From positions 1,376,001-1,440,000 of the forward strand of contig OZ244621.1 in NCBI GenBank assembly GCA_965218425.1: DNA of 64,000 nt, read 5' to 3'. Shown here in pieces: positions 1 to 9,834 of this stretch. Position 1 is the first letter of the stretch, and the number at the start of each line of letters is the position of its first letter. The position numbers and the translations under genes were made by a program. Source of the DNA: an uncultured Candidatus Binatia bacterium. Its GTDB lineage: Bacteria; Desulfobacterota; Binatia; UBA9968; CAXXLF01. Under the pieces are notes generated by a model. The model searched no databases and was not told the origin of the DNA. It saw only the letters and a program-made list of their open reading frames with translations.

Positions 1-283
1 CCACCACCGTGTCGCCTCCCCTACGACCGTATCCCAGTAGAGACGGATCCGCCAAGGCCGATACGAGGATAATGGCAATGATAATTTGCAGCAGGAGGAG
101 GAGATTCTTCTTCAAGAGCCACCCCAGCCGTTTTCCCACGGGCTGTTCCTGCAGGATCCTCTCCAGGAGAAACAGAGTCGTGGTCCTGAGTCTGTTCCCC
201 TTGGGTCGAAGGCTATGAAGAAAAACAATGAGCGGAATCGCACCTAGAAGGAGAAAGAAGGTGAAGGGAGCTCCCCATTGCAT
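1..283 (-). CDS. BatA/vWA-domain membrane protein, N-terminal part (runs off the window)
   Basis: Hand translation from ATG at 283: MQWGAPFTFFLLLGAIPLIVFLHSLRPK...NLLLLLQIIIAIILVSALADP, a BatA N-terminal pattern; directly downstream of DUF58 and MoxR. Confidence 0.8.
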   Translation of the reverse strand, partial: MQWGAPFTFFLLLGAIPLIVFLHSLRPKGNRLRTTTLFLLERILQEQPVGKRLGWLLKKNLLLLLQIIIAIILVSALADPSLLGYGRRGGDTVV

Positions 284-288
284 GGCCG

Positions 289-1182
289 CTACCTGACCGT
301 TCTCCCTTGCCGCAGGGTGCGCAGGACAAAGTCCTCGAAGGGCGTCTCCGTGGTGGTTCGGAGATAGTCCATTGAGTGGTTCCGACAAAAAGTGGCGGTT
401 TCCTCGAGGTAACGCTGAACCTCTTCGTGGAAGCGTTGAACCATCGTGTTATCGAGAAAAAGCCTCTTCTCTCTTTCGCTCTCCACATCATAGATGGACG
501 TATCCCCCACGGGCTCCAGCCGGATTTCCGATTCGTCCAGGATATGGACAACCAATACCTCGTATCCCTTCCTCATAAGTTCTTCGAATCCGGCTCTGCA
601 TCCTTGGGGATCGAACAGATCGCTGACCAGCACCACCAACCCGCGACTGGGAAAACGAAGGGAAAAGGACTTGGCGGAAGCCCTCAAGTCCGTCTCCCCA
701 TGGCACGTGAGTTCCCGCAGATATTTAAACAGGGCGAGGATCTGTTTTCTTCCCCTCCCTAGGAACAATTGAGACTCCACATTTTCGGAGAAGCTCGCTG
801 CCCCAACCCTATCGTGATTGGCGAGTCCAATGTACCCAAGGGCGGCGGCCACGCTTTTGGCGTAGTCAATCTTCGGCGGGGCTCCCTCCGTCATGGACCG
901 GCTCGCATCCAGGAAAAGATAGATATTCATCTCCTCTTCCCCAATGAAGACCTTTAGCAAGAGTCTTTCCAGGCGACGGTAAACGTTCCAATCCACGTAC
1001 CGGAAATCGTCTCCTTTGTGGTATCTTTTGTAGTCGGAAAATTCGAGACTGGAACCCTTCCTCGCGGACAGGTGCTCTCCTTTTCCTCTGGCCGAGGAGA
1101 TCCTTTTCGCCACCAGCCGCAGACGCTCCAACTTTTTAAGGAACTCTGGCTCGAGAAAGGTCGGTTGGAATTCAGCCGCCAT
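289..1182 (-). CDS. DUF58 domain protein (vWA-like MoxR partner)
   Basis: GSSLEFSDYKRYHKGDDFRYVDWN and LDASRSM motifs. Confidence 0.92.
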   Translation of the reverse strand: MAAEFQPTFLEPEFLKKLERLRLVAKRISSARGKGEHLSARKGSSLEFSDYKRYHKGDDFRYVDWNVYRRLERLLLKVFIGEEEMNIYLFLDASRSMTEGAPPKIDYAKSVAAALGYIGLANHDRVGAASFSENVESQLFLGRGRKQILALFKYLRELTCHGETDLRASAKSFSLRFPSRGLVVLVSDLFDPQGCRAGFEELMRKGYEVLVVHILDESEIRLEPVGDTSIYDVESEREKRLFLDNTMVQRFHEEVQRYLEETATFCRNHSMDYLRTTTETPFEDFVLRTLRQGRTVR

Positions 1183-1185
1183 GGC

Positions 1186-2184
1186 TTACAGCGCCTCCGG
1201 TACCTTCTCCAGGACTTCCTCCAACACCTTTTCCGCCGTCATCCCCTCGGCATCCGCCGCCAGGTTGAGAAGGATCCGATGGAGTAGGCTTGGCATAAGA
1301 ACCGCCCGAATATCCTCAAAGGAGACATTGGGGCGTTCGGAAAAGAAAGCCCGCGCCTTGGCAGCCAGTATGATGCTTTGGAGACCCCGCGGGCTCGATC
1401 CGTACAGGACAAATTTTTGTGCCAGGGGGGCACTCCACTCCCCCTGGGGGTGAGTGGCCATCACCAGGCGGACGGCATAATCCTTGACCACATCAGCCAG
1501 GGGCATTTCCCGTACCGCAGACCTGATGGTCAGAACCCCCTCCCCATCGAGGATCTTGCTGATGGGTGCGGGCGGAGCGGCCGTGGTGAGATCCGCAATT
1601 CGCCCCATCTCAGCGTGGCTCGGGTAGAGAACCAACAACTTGAAAAAGAATCGATCGATCTGTGCTTCGGGCAGGGGGTAGGTGCCTTCCATCTCGATGG
1701 GATTTTGCGTCGCAAGGACCATAAAGGGGTCCTTCAGCAAGTGTACTTTACCCGCCACCGTAACGCTCTGTTCCTGCATGGCCTCCAACAACGCGGACTG
1801 GGTCTTTGGCGTCGCACGATTGATCTCATCGGCCAGGACGATATTGGCAAAGACGGGACCAGGCTGAAAATCAAACACCTTCCTGCCGGAAGAGTCCTCA
1901 TTGAGGACGTTCGTCCCTGTGATATCTGCAGGCATAAGATCCGGAGTAAACTGCACTCGAGAGAAGGTAAGATTCGAGAGCTCACCCAAGCTGCGAACCA
2001 GCAAGGTCTTACCTAAACCGGGGACCCCCTCGAGGAGACAGTGTCCTCCACAAATAAGGGCAATGAAAACCTCTTCAATCAACTTCTCATGGCCCACCAC
2101 GACTCGACTCATCTCAGCCTTGACGTTATCGAAAACACTACGTGATTGGGCGATCCTTTCTCGAAGTTCACTTGAAGCTTCCAA
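1186..2184 (-). CDS. moxR: MoxR family AAA+ ATPase
   Basis: GVPGLGKT, RVQFTPDLMPADITG, LADEINRATPKTQSALLE, ATQNPIEMEGTYPLPEAQIDRF; start moved to TTG at 2184 behind a GAGGAGG RBS. Confidence 0.95.
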   Translation of the reverse strand: MEASSELRERIAQSRSVFDNVKAEMSRVVVGHEKLIEEVFIALICGGHCLLEGVPGLGKTLLVRSLGELSNLTFSRVQFTPDLMPADITGTNVLNEDSSGRKVFDFQPGPVFANIVLADEINRATPKTQSALLEAMQEQSVTVAGKVHLLKDPFMVLATQNPIEMEGTYPLPEAQIDRFFFKLLVLYPSHAEMGRIADLTTAAPPAPISKILDGEGVLTIRSAVREMPLADVVKDYAVRLVMATHPQGEWSAPLAQKFVLYGSSPRGLQSIILAAKARAFFSERPNVSFEDIRAVLMPSLLHRILLNLAADAEGMTAEKVLEEVLEKVPEAL

Positions 2185-2210
2185 AGTTAACCCTCCTCTA
2201 GATTCGCGTC

Positions 2211-2544
2211 CAACAGAACGAATTGAACAAAGTTTTTCGTGCCAAGACACTCCCAGGGTAAAATCCTAATTCCGAAGCACGAAATCCTAAACAATTCCGA
2301 AATCTCCAATTGTTAATGATCAAAACATTTCACAAATGCTCTCGCATTTCTCACAACAACGAAAATCTGGACTCCTACGACAACCGATTTGATACTCTTG
2401 TTTTTCATCTTGGTTATTCGAAATTGTTTCGAACTTCGGAATTCGAGTTTCGAATTTATAAATTGTTTGTGATTGGCGTCCTTTGCGTCTTTGCCCCTCG
2501 ATTACCCTCGGGGTCCTGAGGTTCTCGAAGGACGCGAGTCATCT
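2211..2544 (-). repeat. Palindromic heptamer-core intergenic element, copy 1 (subtype A) with nested 39-bp insert at 2494-2532
   Basis: Arms CGTGCCAAGACAC and GGCGTCCTTTGCGTCTTTG..CGCGAGTCATCT; core AAATCC/CGAAAT heptamers and their complements; aligns with 9521 and with the reverse complement of 55232. Confidence 0.85.
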
Positions 2545-2583
2545 TATTCCGAATTCCGAGAACCAAAATCCCAACCGTCCTTA

Positions 2584-3996
2584 TTATTGATCTCCGCTTA
2601 TCCCAAGGGACAGGAAATAACTCTTTACGGTTTCCTTCATGTCGGGGGGAATTTGCTCAGAGGAGAGTTCTCCCTCCACCTGTCGTTGGTATGACGTCAC
2701 TATCCCTTCCTGCGGGACCTCGCTTTCTCGTCCTTTGAATTCTCCCCTCAACGTCACGCCCGCGCTGGATCCTTTCCCGAACAGCCCCTTCAGGTGGGTT
2801 TCCGCCTGTGCCCTGAACTGGGGATATTGGACCTTGGGTCCCTTTTTCCCCGGTTGATCTCCCGGCAGACTCCCCTTTGCGGAGTCGTCCTTGGAGGGCG
2901 AAGAGGAACCCATGCGCGACTGTTTCTCCATAGGTCGCGTGGCGTCCCCTTCCATCCCATCGAGCATAAGGAGAACGAATTGCTGGGCTTCCGTGAGATT
3001 GCGACGGTCCATCTCAGTGGCCGCTCGGCGATTCAATTGTTCGATGAACTCTCGCGCCTGATTCGGGTCCATGTTTTCCCCGGACGAGGGCTTGTTGCCC
3101 ATTTCTCCTTTGAATGGCGACAGGCTATCCAGTTTCTTGAGAACATCACTTCCCTGCATGCCTTTGCCCGGCAGCGCATTGGCGCGACTCAGTGCATCCT
3201 TGAGCTTTCCCACATCTCCCTTGAGTTTGTTTAAAGCCTCCTTGGAGAGTTTGGGTAGCGAGCCGGCGCCGCCTTGAAAGGCCTTGAGTCGGTCCCCAAT
3301 TCCCTGAGCCACATCGGTCAGATCGTTCCGTAACTCTTCATCATCCACCTTGCCCTTTAGACCCTTATCGGCCACTTCCTCCAAGGCGCGGGCCACATCA
3401 AGACTCTCGGTTAACTCGTCCTCTTTTGCCCGGTGGAGTAGCCCCACGGAATAGTCCTTGAGTTTTCTGGCCATGGACAGCTCCCGAGATTCCCTACCCC
3501 AGTCCAGGTGAAACTGCACCCCGAACCATGCCACCAACGCCCAGAGAAGCAGTATGGGAGGAGCCACAAAGACGTGCCAGGAAAGTCGGCGTTCAAAGAG
3601 GCCCTTTACGTCGACTGCCTTGAGGCGAACCGCGGTATCCTCCAGCACCAACAGTTCGGCCGGCGTCCTCCCGCCGCGCTTGAGTATCTCCCACGCGGTC
3701 AGGGCTCTCTCCTGAAGGTGCAGTTTCCTGTCCAGTTGCAGGATGGCACCAAGGGATTCCTTGCTACCCCATGGGCGCCAGAGCATGAAGGCCAAGCTCA
3801 AGATGAGAAACAGGATCGGTGTCAGATAAAGGGGCGGGGCCCATGAGGGAAACAGGTCACTGAGTGGAAGGATCAGCAGGGAGGCCAAAATCGAGTACAC
3901 GAGGGCCGAAACCAGTATATGCTCTCTTCTCTTAGCCTTCTCCCAGCGGAGCAATTGAAAGAGCTTATCCTGTACGAGCGCCTGGTCTCTGATCAA
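2584..3996 (-). CDS. Hypothetical membrane protein with coiled-coil and Gly-rich C-terminus (MoxR-operon associated)
   Basis: Three N-terminal TM segments, LDRKLHLQERALTAWE motif, C-terminal IPPDMKETVKSYF. Confidence 0.75.
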   Translation of the reverse strand: MIRDQALVQDKLFQLLRWEKAKRREHILVSALVYSILASLLILPLSDLFPSWAPPLYLTPILFLILSLAFMLWRPWGSKESLGAILQLDRKLHLQERALTAWEILKRGGRTPAELLVLEDTAVRLKAVDVKGLFERRLSWHVFVAPPILLLWALVAWFGVQFHLDWGRESRELSMARKLKDYSVGLLHRAKEDELTESLDVARALEEVADKGLKGKVDDEELRNDLTDVAQGIGDRLKAFQGGAGSLPKLSKEALNKLKGDVGKLKDALSRANALPGKGMQGSDVLKKLDSLSPFKGEMGNKPSSGENMDPNQAREFIEQLNRRAATEMDRRNLTEAQQFVLLMLDGMEGDATRPMEKQSRMGSSSPSKDDSAKGSLPGDQPGKKGPKVQYPQFRAQAETHLKGLFGKGSSAGVTLRGEFKGRESEVPQEGIVTSYQRQVEGELSSEQIPPDMKETVKSYFLSLGISGDQ

Positions 3997-4751
3997 GAGT
4001 AACCCTCCCTAAGCCTCTTCAGCGCCACCCCGTAAAATAGCAATCCGGCAACCAACAACGAGAAGTGAAAGGCAAAATGAACGGTTGCTGCGTCCCATTG
4101 CCATCGCCAGAGCCTCAATGGGCTCAGTTGCAGGCCCTCCAGGTGATGCAGAAGGAAGGCAACCGGGTTGAGGGGAAGATACAGGAGCCCTGAAACCAAA
4201 AGCAAGCATACCAAAAGACACCTGATAAATACCCGTCGGCTATCCTCCCTATGGTCCCACAATGCCAGTGCAAACAGTCCCCACATACTATATGTGAAGG
4301 AATAAAAAAATAGCAGTAACAGGGTCGACAGGATAGCCCCCACCGGCGCGTGTTCGATGGCTCCCGCCCAGCCCAGGAGAGGAAAGGAAAGGAGGAGAAA
4401 AACCAGCAAATGAAGGCATAGGAGAGAGATCTGACCCAGGGCCACCCCGGTGAAATTCATCTTTCCTTGGACGAACCAGTGCTTGGTAAGTTGGAACCTT
4501 GGGGTCAAAAACTCCTGGTTGGTGATCCTAAGGCTAAAATAGACCAACAACAACAATGCGGCCACGGATGATAATTTGAAAAGATAGGCAGGGCCCATCC
4601 AGAAACGGGGATCCCCCGTGGGAAGCACCAGGATCAGGAACTGAACGAGGGCGAGGACGATAAGATAAAAGAAGTAGACCATGAACCCTCGTCCCTCTGT
4701 GAAATAGGCATCAATTCCTTCGTGGAGGACTGGGTTGTTGATTTTTCTCAC
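3993..4751 (-). CDS. Polytopic membrane protein (ABC-2 permease-like)
   Basis: About six hydrophobic segments, N-terminal NNPVL; overlaps both neighbours by 4 nt. Confidence 0.7.
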   Translation of the reverse strand: MRKINNPVLHEGIDAYFTEGRGFMVYFFYLIVLALVQFLILVLPTGDPRFWMGPAYLFKLSSVAALLLLVYFSLRITNQEFLTPRFQLTKHWFVQGKMNFTGVALGQISLLCLHLLVFLLLSFPLLGWAGAIEHAPVGAILSTLLLLFFYSFTYSMWGLFALALWDHREDSRRVFIRCLLVCLLLVSGLLYLPLNPVAFLLHHLEGLQLSPLRLWRWQWDAATVHFAFHFSLLVAGLLFYGVALKRLREGYS

Positions 4752-6685
4752 AGGTCCTCCTCCTCTTCTGCTTCCAGAGGCAAGGGGGCCCTAAAAAGCG
4801 TATAGCTATGGGATAGGATGCGTTTGTCGTTGGCCCACACCCTTCGAGAGTCTCTCTCCACCCAGCCGATAATGAACGCCGAATTCTCTCCCCAGCGAGT
4901 GAGTATCTGATCCTGAGGGAAAACCGAATTTCTAAGCAGCGCCACGCGGATCCTATCGATAAACGGGATTTCTCGTATATCCAACTTCTCTCCCGGTCCG
5001 TCCAGTTGCTTGCCATCCGGCGAAAGCGCGAACTTCCGGCTCAAGCTAGATCCCAGGGGGATATCACCCAGGGGGTAGCCCTTCCCATAATAAACCAGCC
5101 AACATTCAGTAAGATCCCTTGAACTCAGATTGGCTAGCTCCAGGTGAATTTCGTTCTCCTGTCTTGTGGCATCAATACGAAAAGGGAAAGGCCTCACGGA
5201 ATGAATCCGAAACAGCTTGAAGTCCCATTCCTTTGACGGAAAACTAATCGATGTGAAGCGAACCCCATCTTCGATCTCTATGGGGGAACCCTTCGTTTTT
5301 ATCGCCCGAGGTTGAACCAATTCCAGATGGCTCCACCCCCTCTGCATCCGAAACCCATAATATTTTCTCCGAGTAGAGAAGAGACCCACATTGGACTGGA
5401 CCTCTGCATACCCGTCGGGTTGGCCGTCCAGCAGGGTTGAAGAGAAAAGAACACCGTCTATGATTTGAGACCCACGATCAAAAAATACGTACCCCCCTAC
5501 CGTAAAGAGGCAAACAAGGACTAGAAAAGCGACAGAAAGGACGGTGTGGGAGAGCTTCTGACGGTACCAAAGCCAAACCAAGACCAACAACCCACTCAAG
5601 TAGGCGAGGAGAGCAACCAAGAACGGCACCAGCGGGATACGGGTGGAAAAGAAGGTGGAATCGGACAGGAGGATGGAGAAAACAGATGGATCCCACCTGG
5701 TCCAAAGGCCGGGCCTTCTATCCGGAGGCACACCTAAAAGATCCGAAAAGAGACGGGAGAGCCCATCCCATTGGGAAAGCGGTGGACGCCCGACATCTAA
5801 CGCGAGATACAAGACCTTTCCTCGTCCCCTGACCAACTCTACGAGAATGGGGATTTTCTCCTCTTCCAACAGGACGCGACCTCCGGCAACTTCAGACTCC
5901 TGTACCAGGAAGTTTCCCAGGGGGGACACCCTCGTACCGTAATACCGCTCAACGCTTGGCAGAGCACCCATCCGTTTGATCCCGAGCACTCTAACCGGAA
6001 GAAATACCTCAATGGACGGCTCCTGATATAAAGCATAATGCAATCCCCCTAGGAAAAGAATCCTTCCTCCCGACGAGAGCCAGCCCTGCAGGGCCGACTT
6101 TTGGGCACTGGAGAGATCCCTCAGGGACTGTTCATAGAACACAACTGCCCACACACCATGGTAGGCCCTCTGATCGGTGGGGAGCTCATGGGCTGAAATG
6201 GATACCACCGGCACCGGCGAATCCACGGCTATGGGAATGGAAAGTAGACCACTGTTCCCCGTGAGCAATAGGATCAATGGCGAGGGAGAAAAATGACCCC
6301 GGAGATCCACCTCCAGGGAAACCTTTCCTGTGTTAGTTGAAAAACTGACGTTGAGGGGTCGGGCCATGGAGTCAGGATCCGCAGTAATCTGGACCTGTCT
6401 CCGGGATTGCCGAGCGAGGAAAACCGCCCTCCTGTAGTGAAAGGGATAGGGCGCCACCACCTTGGAGGGTCCCCCTTTCCAAACCTTCACATCGAGAATC
6501 CCTTCCACGGCTCTCCCTAAATTGGTAAGGGTTATGGTCACCGGAAAGGGTTGCCCCAACTTGAAGACACCGTGGAAACCCGGTTCGACTTCCAGCCTAA
6601 CCTCAGCGGCGGCAAGGACCGTGGTTAAGAAGAGGGGAAGAAAGAATAATGCGGGAAGCGTAGCCCTTCTGATACTAAGAGACAT
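4748..6685 (-). CDS. Exported/membrane hypothetical protein with glutamine-amidotransferase-like domain
   Basis: Signal peptide, LSSAQKSALQGWLSSGGRILFLGG and GRGKVLYLALD motifs, two internal TM helices. Confidence 0.7.
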   Translation of the reverse strand: MSLSIRRATLPALFFLPLFLTTVLAAAEVRLEVEPGFHGVFKLGQPFPVTITLTNLGRAVEGILDVKVWKGGPSKVVAPYPFHYRRAVFLARQSRRQVQITADPDSMARPLNVSFSTNTGKVSLEVDLRGHFSPSPLILLLTGNSGLLSIPIAVDSPVPVVSISAHELPTDQRAYHGVWAVVFYEQSLRDLSSAQKSALQGWLSSGGRILFLGGLHYALYQEPSIEVFLPVRVLGIKRMGALPSVERYYGTRVSPLGNFLVQESEVAGGRVLLEEEKIPILVELVRGRGKVLYLALDVGRPPLSQWDGLSRLFSDLLGVPPDRRPGLWTRWDPSVFSILLSDSTFFSTRIPLVPFLVALLAYLSGLLVLVWLWYRQKLSHTVLSVAFLVLVCLFTVGGYVFFDRGSQIIDGVLFSSTLLDGQPDGYAEVQSNVGLFSTRRKYYGFRMQRGWSHLELVQPRAIKTKGSPIEIEDGVRFTSISFPSKEWDFKLFRIHSVRPFPFRIDATRQENEIHLELANLSSRDLTECWLVYYGKGYPLGDIPLGSSLSRKFALSPDGKQLDGPGEKLDIREIPFIDRIRVALLRNSVFPQDQILTRWGENSAFIIGWVERDSRRVWANDKRILSHSYTLFRAPLPLEAEEEEDL

Positions 6686-6721
6686 GATCCCCTCACAAGA
6701 AGAGCCCTGGCAGGAAACAAG

Positions 6722-7210
6722 CTAATCTTTAAAATCTACATCTAGGATTTCAATGTTGCGAGTCCCAGTGGGGATTTGGACCTGGACCTCGTCCCCGACA
6801 TTTTTGCCGATAATGGACCTAGCGATGGGAGAGCTGACCGAAATTTTTCCGTTTTTTGGTTCCGCTTCATGATCGCCCACGATCTGATACACGACTTCAT
6901 CGCCCGAATCCACATCGGCCAGAGTCACCGTTGCTCCAAATACGATTTTATCTCCAGAAAGTTTCGAAACGTCAATCACCTGGGCACGGGCCAAGGTATC
7001 CTCAATTTCCGAAATCTGCGCTTCAAGCAGGGATTGCTTCTCTTTAGCCGCATGAAACTCTGCATTCTCAGAGAGATCACCGTGATCTCGAGCTTCTTCA
7101 ATTTCGCGAACAATTTTCGGTCTTTCCACAGATCTCAAACGCCTGAGATCGTCCAAGAGGCGCTGCTTGCCCTTCTGGGTCATAGGAGCGCTGGCACCCT
7201 GATCTGCCAT
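6722..7210 (-). CDS. greA: Transcription elongation factor GreA
   Basis: ARDHGDLSENAEFHAAKE and ISVSSPIARSIIGK. Confidence 0.97.
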   Translation of the reverse strand: MADQGASAPMTQKGKQRLLDDLRRLRSVERPKIVREIEEARDHGDLSENAEFHAAKEKQSLLEAQISEIEDTLARAQVIDVSKLSGDKIVFGATVTLADVDSGDEVVYQIVGDHEAEPKNGKISVSSPIARSIIGKNVGDEVQVQIPTGTRNIEILDVDFKD

Positions 7211-7340
7211 AGCTCAACTCCCTTCTTTATCCAATCACCAAAAACCAACTTCAAGAACCGTCAGTTTTACCATTCCTCCTCAGTAAATCAACCTCGCCGG
7301 GCACCTTTCACGCCACCCTACCTTACGCTAGGACGAGGTT

Positions 7341-8324
7341 CTATCCAGCCAACTTCTTGCCGGGTCCGAAGACATGACAGGCCAGCCCATGACCATCGGA
7401 AGAATATTCTAGCTCCGGCTCCACCTCAGAGCAGATTTTTTCGCTGAATGGACATCGGGGATGAAAACTACAACCCTTGGGCGGGTGCAATGGGCTAGGC
7501 ACGTCACCCTGGAGAACCATTCGGTCCTTTCTTTGCTTCGGGTCGGTCACGGGCACTGAGGAGAGCAGGGCCCGGGTATAGGGGTGCTTTGCTCCCTCAT
7601 AAATGGTCTCACTTTTGGCAATCTCTACGATTTTGCCTAAATACATGATGGCCACCCGATGGCTCACCTGTTCCACCATCCTCAAATCATGGGAGATAAA
7701 AAAATAGGTGAGATCCATGGTTTCCTGTAGCTCTTGAAGGAGGTTGATGATCTGGGCTTGAATGGAAACATCCAGCGAGGAAACGGGCTCATCGGCCACC
7801 ACGAACTTCGGCTTTACCGCCAGGGCTCGGGCGATACCGATCCTCTGCCGCTGGCCACCGCTAAACTCGTGCGGGTAACGATCGAAATGGTCATCCCGGA
7901 GTCCCACCCTACGGAGCAACTCAATGACCCGGTCCCTTTTCATATTGCCCGTGGCGAGACCATGAATCTCCATCCCTTCACCCACGATATCCCCCACACG
8001 CATGCGTGGATTCAAAGAGCTATAAGGATCCTGGAATATGATCTGCATCTGCCTGCGCATCTCACGCATCTCTCTGTGAGACAATCTGAGAATTTCCTTA
8101 CCAGTAAATACGACCTCGCCATCCGTGGGCTCCACCAACCTGAGGATACTTCTACCCAGAGTGGACTTCCCGCAACCCGATTCCCCCACCACGCCCAGGG
8201 TCTCTCCACCCTCCATCGTGAGGCTTACCCCGTCCACGGCCTTGACCTCCCCCATGCGGCGGGAGAACAGTCCACTGCCCATGGGGAAATACTTTTTCAA
8301 ATTACGAACTTCGAGTAGACTCAT
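7341..8324 (-). CDS. Oligopeptide/dipeptide ABC ATPase (OppF/DppF type)
   Basis: [37 protein letters not shown]. Confidence 0.95.
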   Translation of the reverse strand: MSLLEVRNLKKYFPMGSGLFSRRMGEVKAVDGVSLTMEGGETLGVVGESGCGKSTLGRSILRLVEPTDGEVVFTGKEILRLSHREMREMRRQMQIIFQDPYSSLNPRMRVGDIVGEGMEIHGLATGNMKRDRVIELLRRVGLRDDHFDRYPHEFSGGQRQRIGIARALAVKPKFVVADEPVSSLDVSIQAQIINLLQELQETMDLTYFFISHDLRMVEQVSHRVAIMYLGKIVEIAKSETIYEGAKHPYTRALLSSVPVTDPKQRKDRMVLQGDVPSPLHPPKGCSFHPRCPFSEKICSEVEPELEYSSDGHGLACHVFGPGKKLAG

Positions 8325-8329
8325 GTCAC

Positions 8330-8495
8330 TTAGCAGTCTTCAGCTTTCAACGATTAGCTCTCAGCCGGAAAGCAGGCAGCAATTTCACACCGTGCGATTG
8401 CCGCAGTTCCCACGGCATCCTAATGATAGCTAATCCCCATAAATCTGCGGTTAATGGCTCTTGACGCTTTGCGCTCTGCGATTAGCGCTTTGCTA
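8330..8495. repeat. Degenerate heptamer tandem arrays between the two ABC ATPase genes
   Basis: CAGTCTT CAGCTTT CAACGAT TAGCTCT CAGC and CGCTTTG CGCTCTG CGATTAG CGCTTTG; 8482-8494 is the reverse complement of 56695-56707. Confidence 0.65.
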
Positions 8496-8506
8496 ACAAT
8501 GGCTTG

Positions 8507-9472
8507 TTATGCCATAAAACATGCGACCCAATGACCTTTTTCCTTCTCGATTAGCTCGGGCTCGCGTTCAGCACATTCCTCCACCACCCTGGGGCAACGA
8601 TCCCGGAAACGGCACCCGCTGGGCAGGTCCAGAGGACCGGGAACCACCCCTGGTATCGCCTCTAGCCGTTTTTTCTTCTCACCGCTGATGCCCGGGACGG
8701 AATTTAAAAGTCCCAGTGTATAGGGATGCAAAGGCCGTGAGAAGATGGTTTCGGGATTTGCCTTCTCCACAATTTTTCCTGCATACATGATAGCCACTTC
8801 ATCCGCCTGTTCGGCCACCACACCCAAGTCATGGGTAATCAGCAGCAATGCCATACCGAGACTTTCCTGCAATTCTTTCATGAGCTCCAGGATTTGAGCC
8901 TGAATGGTGACATCCAAAGCGGTGGTGGGTTCGTCCGCAATAAGCAAGCTTGGATTACAGGAAAGGGCCATGGCAATCATCACCCTCTGCCGCATCCCAC
9001 CGCTCAACTGGTGCGGATAAACATCGATTCGCGCCTCGGGGTCTGCAATCTTCACCAGGCGAAGCATGTCAATGGCCTTTTGTCTCGCTTCGCCCTTGGC
9101 CAAACCCTGGTGGAGACGAATGGCCTCCACGATCTGATCGCCAATGGTAAAAACCGGATTGAGTGAGGTCATGGGTTCTTGAAATACCATGGAAATCTCA
9201 TTGCCCCTAACCTTGCGCATCTCCTCCCCATTCAATTTGAGCAAATCCTCGCCCCGAAACAGGACCTGTCCGCTCACCACTTTGCCAGGAGGCATAGGGA
9301 TGAGACGCAGGATGGATAGGGCCGTCACGCTCTTCCCGCAACCTGACTCTCCCACCAGTCCCATGGTTTTTCCCTCTTCGATACTAAAGCTCACACCATC
9401 CACAGCCCGCATCTCTCCTTCGGGTGTGAAAAATGAAGTTCGAAGGTCGTTAATCTCTATCAGGCCTGCCAT
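8507..9472 (-). CDS. Oligopeptide/dipeptide ABC ATPase (OppD/DppD type)
   Basis: [36 protein letters not shown]. Confidence 0.95.
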   Translation of the reverse strand: MAGLIEINDLRTSFFTPEGEMRAVDGVSFSIEEGKTMGLVGESGCGKSVTALSILRLIPMPPGKVVSGQVLFRGEDLLKLNGEEMRKVRGNEISMVFQEPMTSLNPVFTIGDQIVEAIRLHQGLAKGEARQKAIDMLRLVKIADPEARIDVYPHQLSGGMRQRVMIAMALSCNPSLLIADEPTTALDVTIQAQILELMKELQESLGMALLLITHDLGVVAEQADEVAIMYAGKIVEKANPETIFSRPLHPYTLGLLNSVPGISGEKKKRLEAIPGVVPGPLDLPSGCRFRDRCPRVVEECAEREPELIEKEKGHWVACFMA

Positions 9473-9520
9473 AGCAATAAGCGTTCAGCGATCATGCCAG
9501 ACTCTAACCTTTGAAATATT

Positions 9521-9790
9521 CCACAGAACAACTTCACAAACATTTTTTGCACCAAGACGCCCCCAAGTTAAAATCCGAAGCAGGAAATCCTAAACAACCC
9601 CCAAACTTCAAACCATCAATGCTCAAAACATCTAAGCAAGCAGCCCGGCATTTCTCGCAAAGGCGAAAATTCGAGACCTAAAGACGGATCGGTTAATGCT
9701 GTTGTTTCGCATTCCGGTTATTCGAAATTGTTTCGAATTTGTAATTCTATTTATACTTGGCGTGCTTAGCGTCTTTGCGCGAGCCGTCAT
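9521..9790 (-). repeat. Palindromic heptamer-core intergenic element, copy 2 (subtype A)
   Basis: TGCACCAAGACGCC ... GGTTATTCGAAATTGTTTCGAA ... CTTGGCGTGCTTAGCGTCTTTGCGCGAG; colinear with copy 1. Confidence 0.85.
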
Positions 9791-9834
9791 TTCTTCGATT
9801 CTTTAATCTAAATTTCAACTGAGTCAAAATCTCC

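Noticed and set aside
2310..2694. Short ORFs over repeat elements (also 23897-24487, 31055-31237, 55178-55393 and the N-terminal extension from 55422)
   Set aside because: They are translations of the repeat (FRISDFGFRI-like) with no RBS or protein-family motif.
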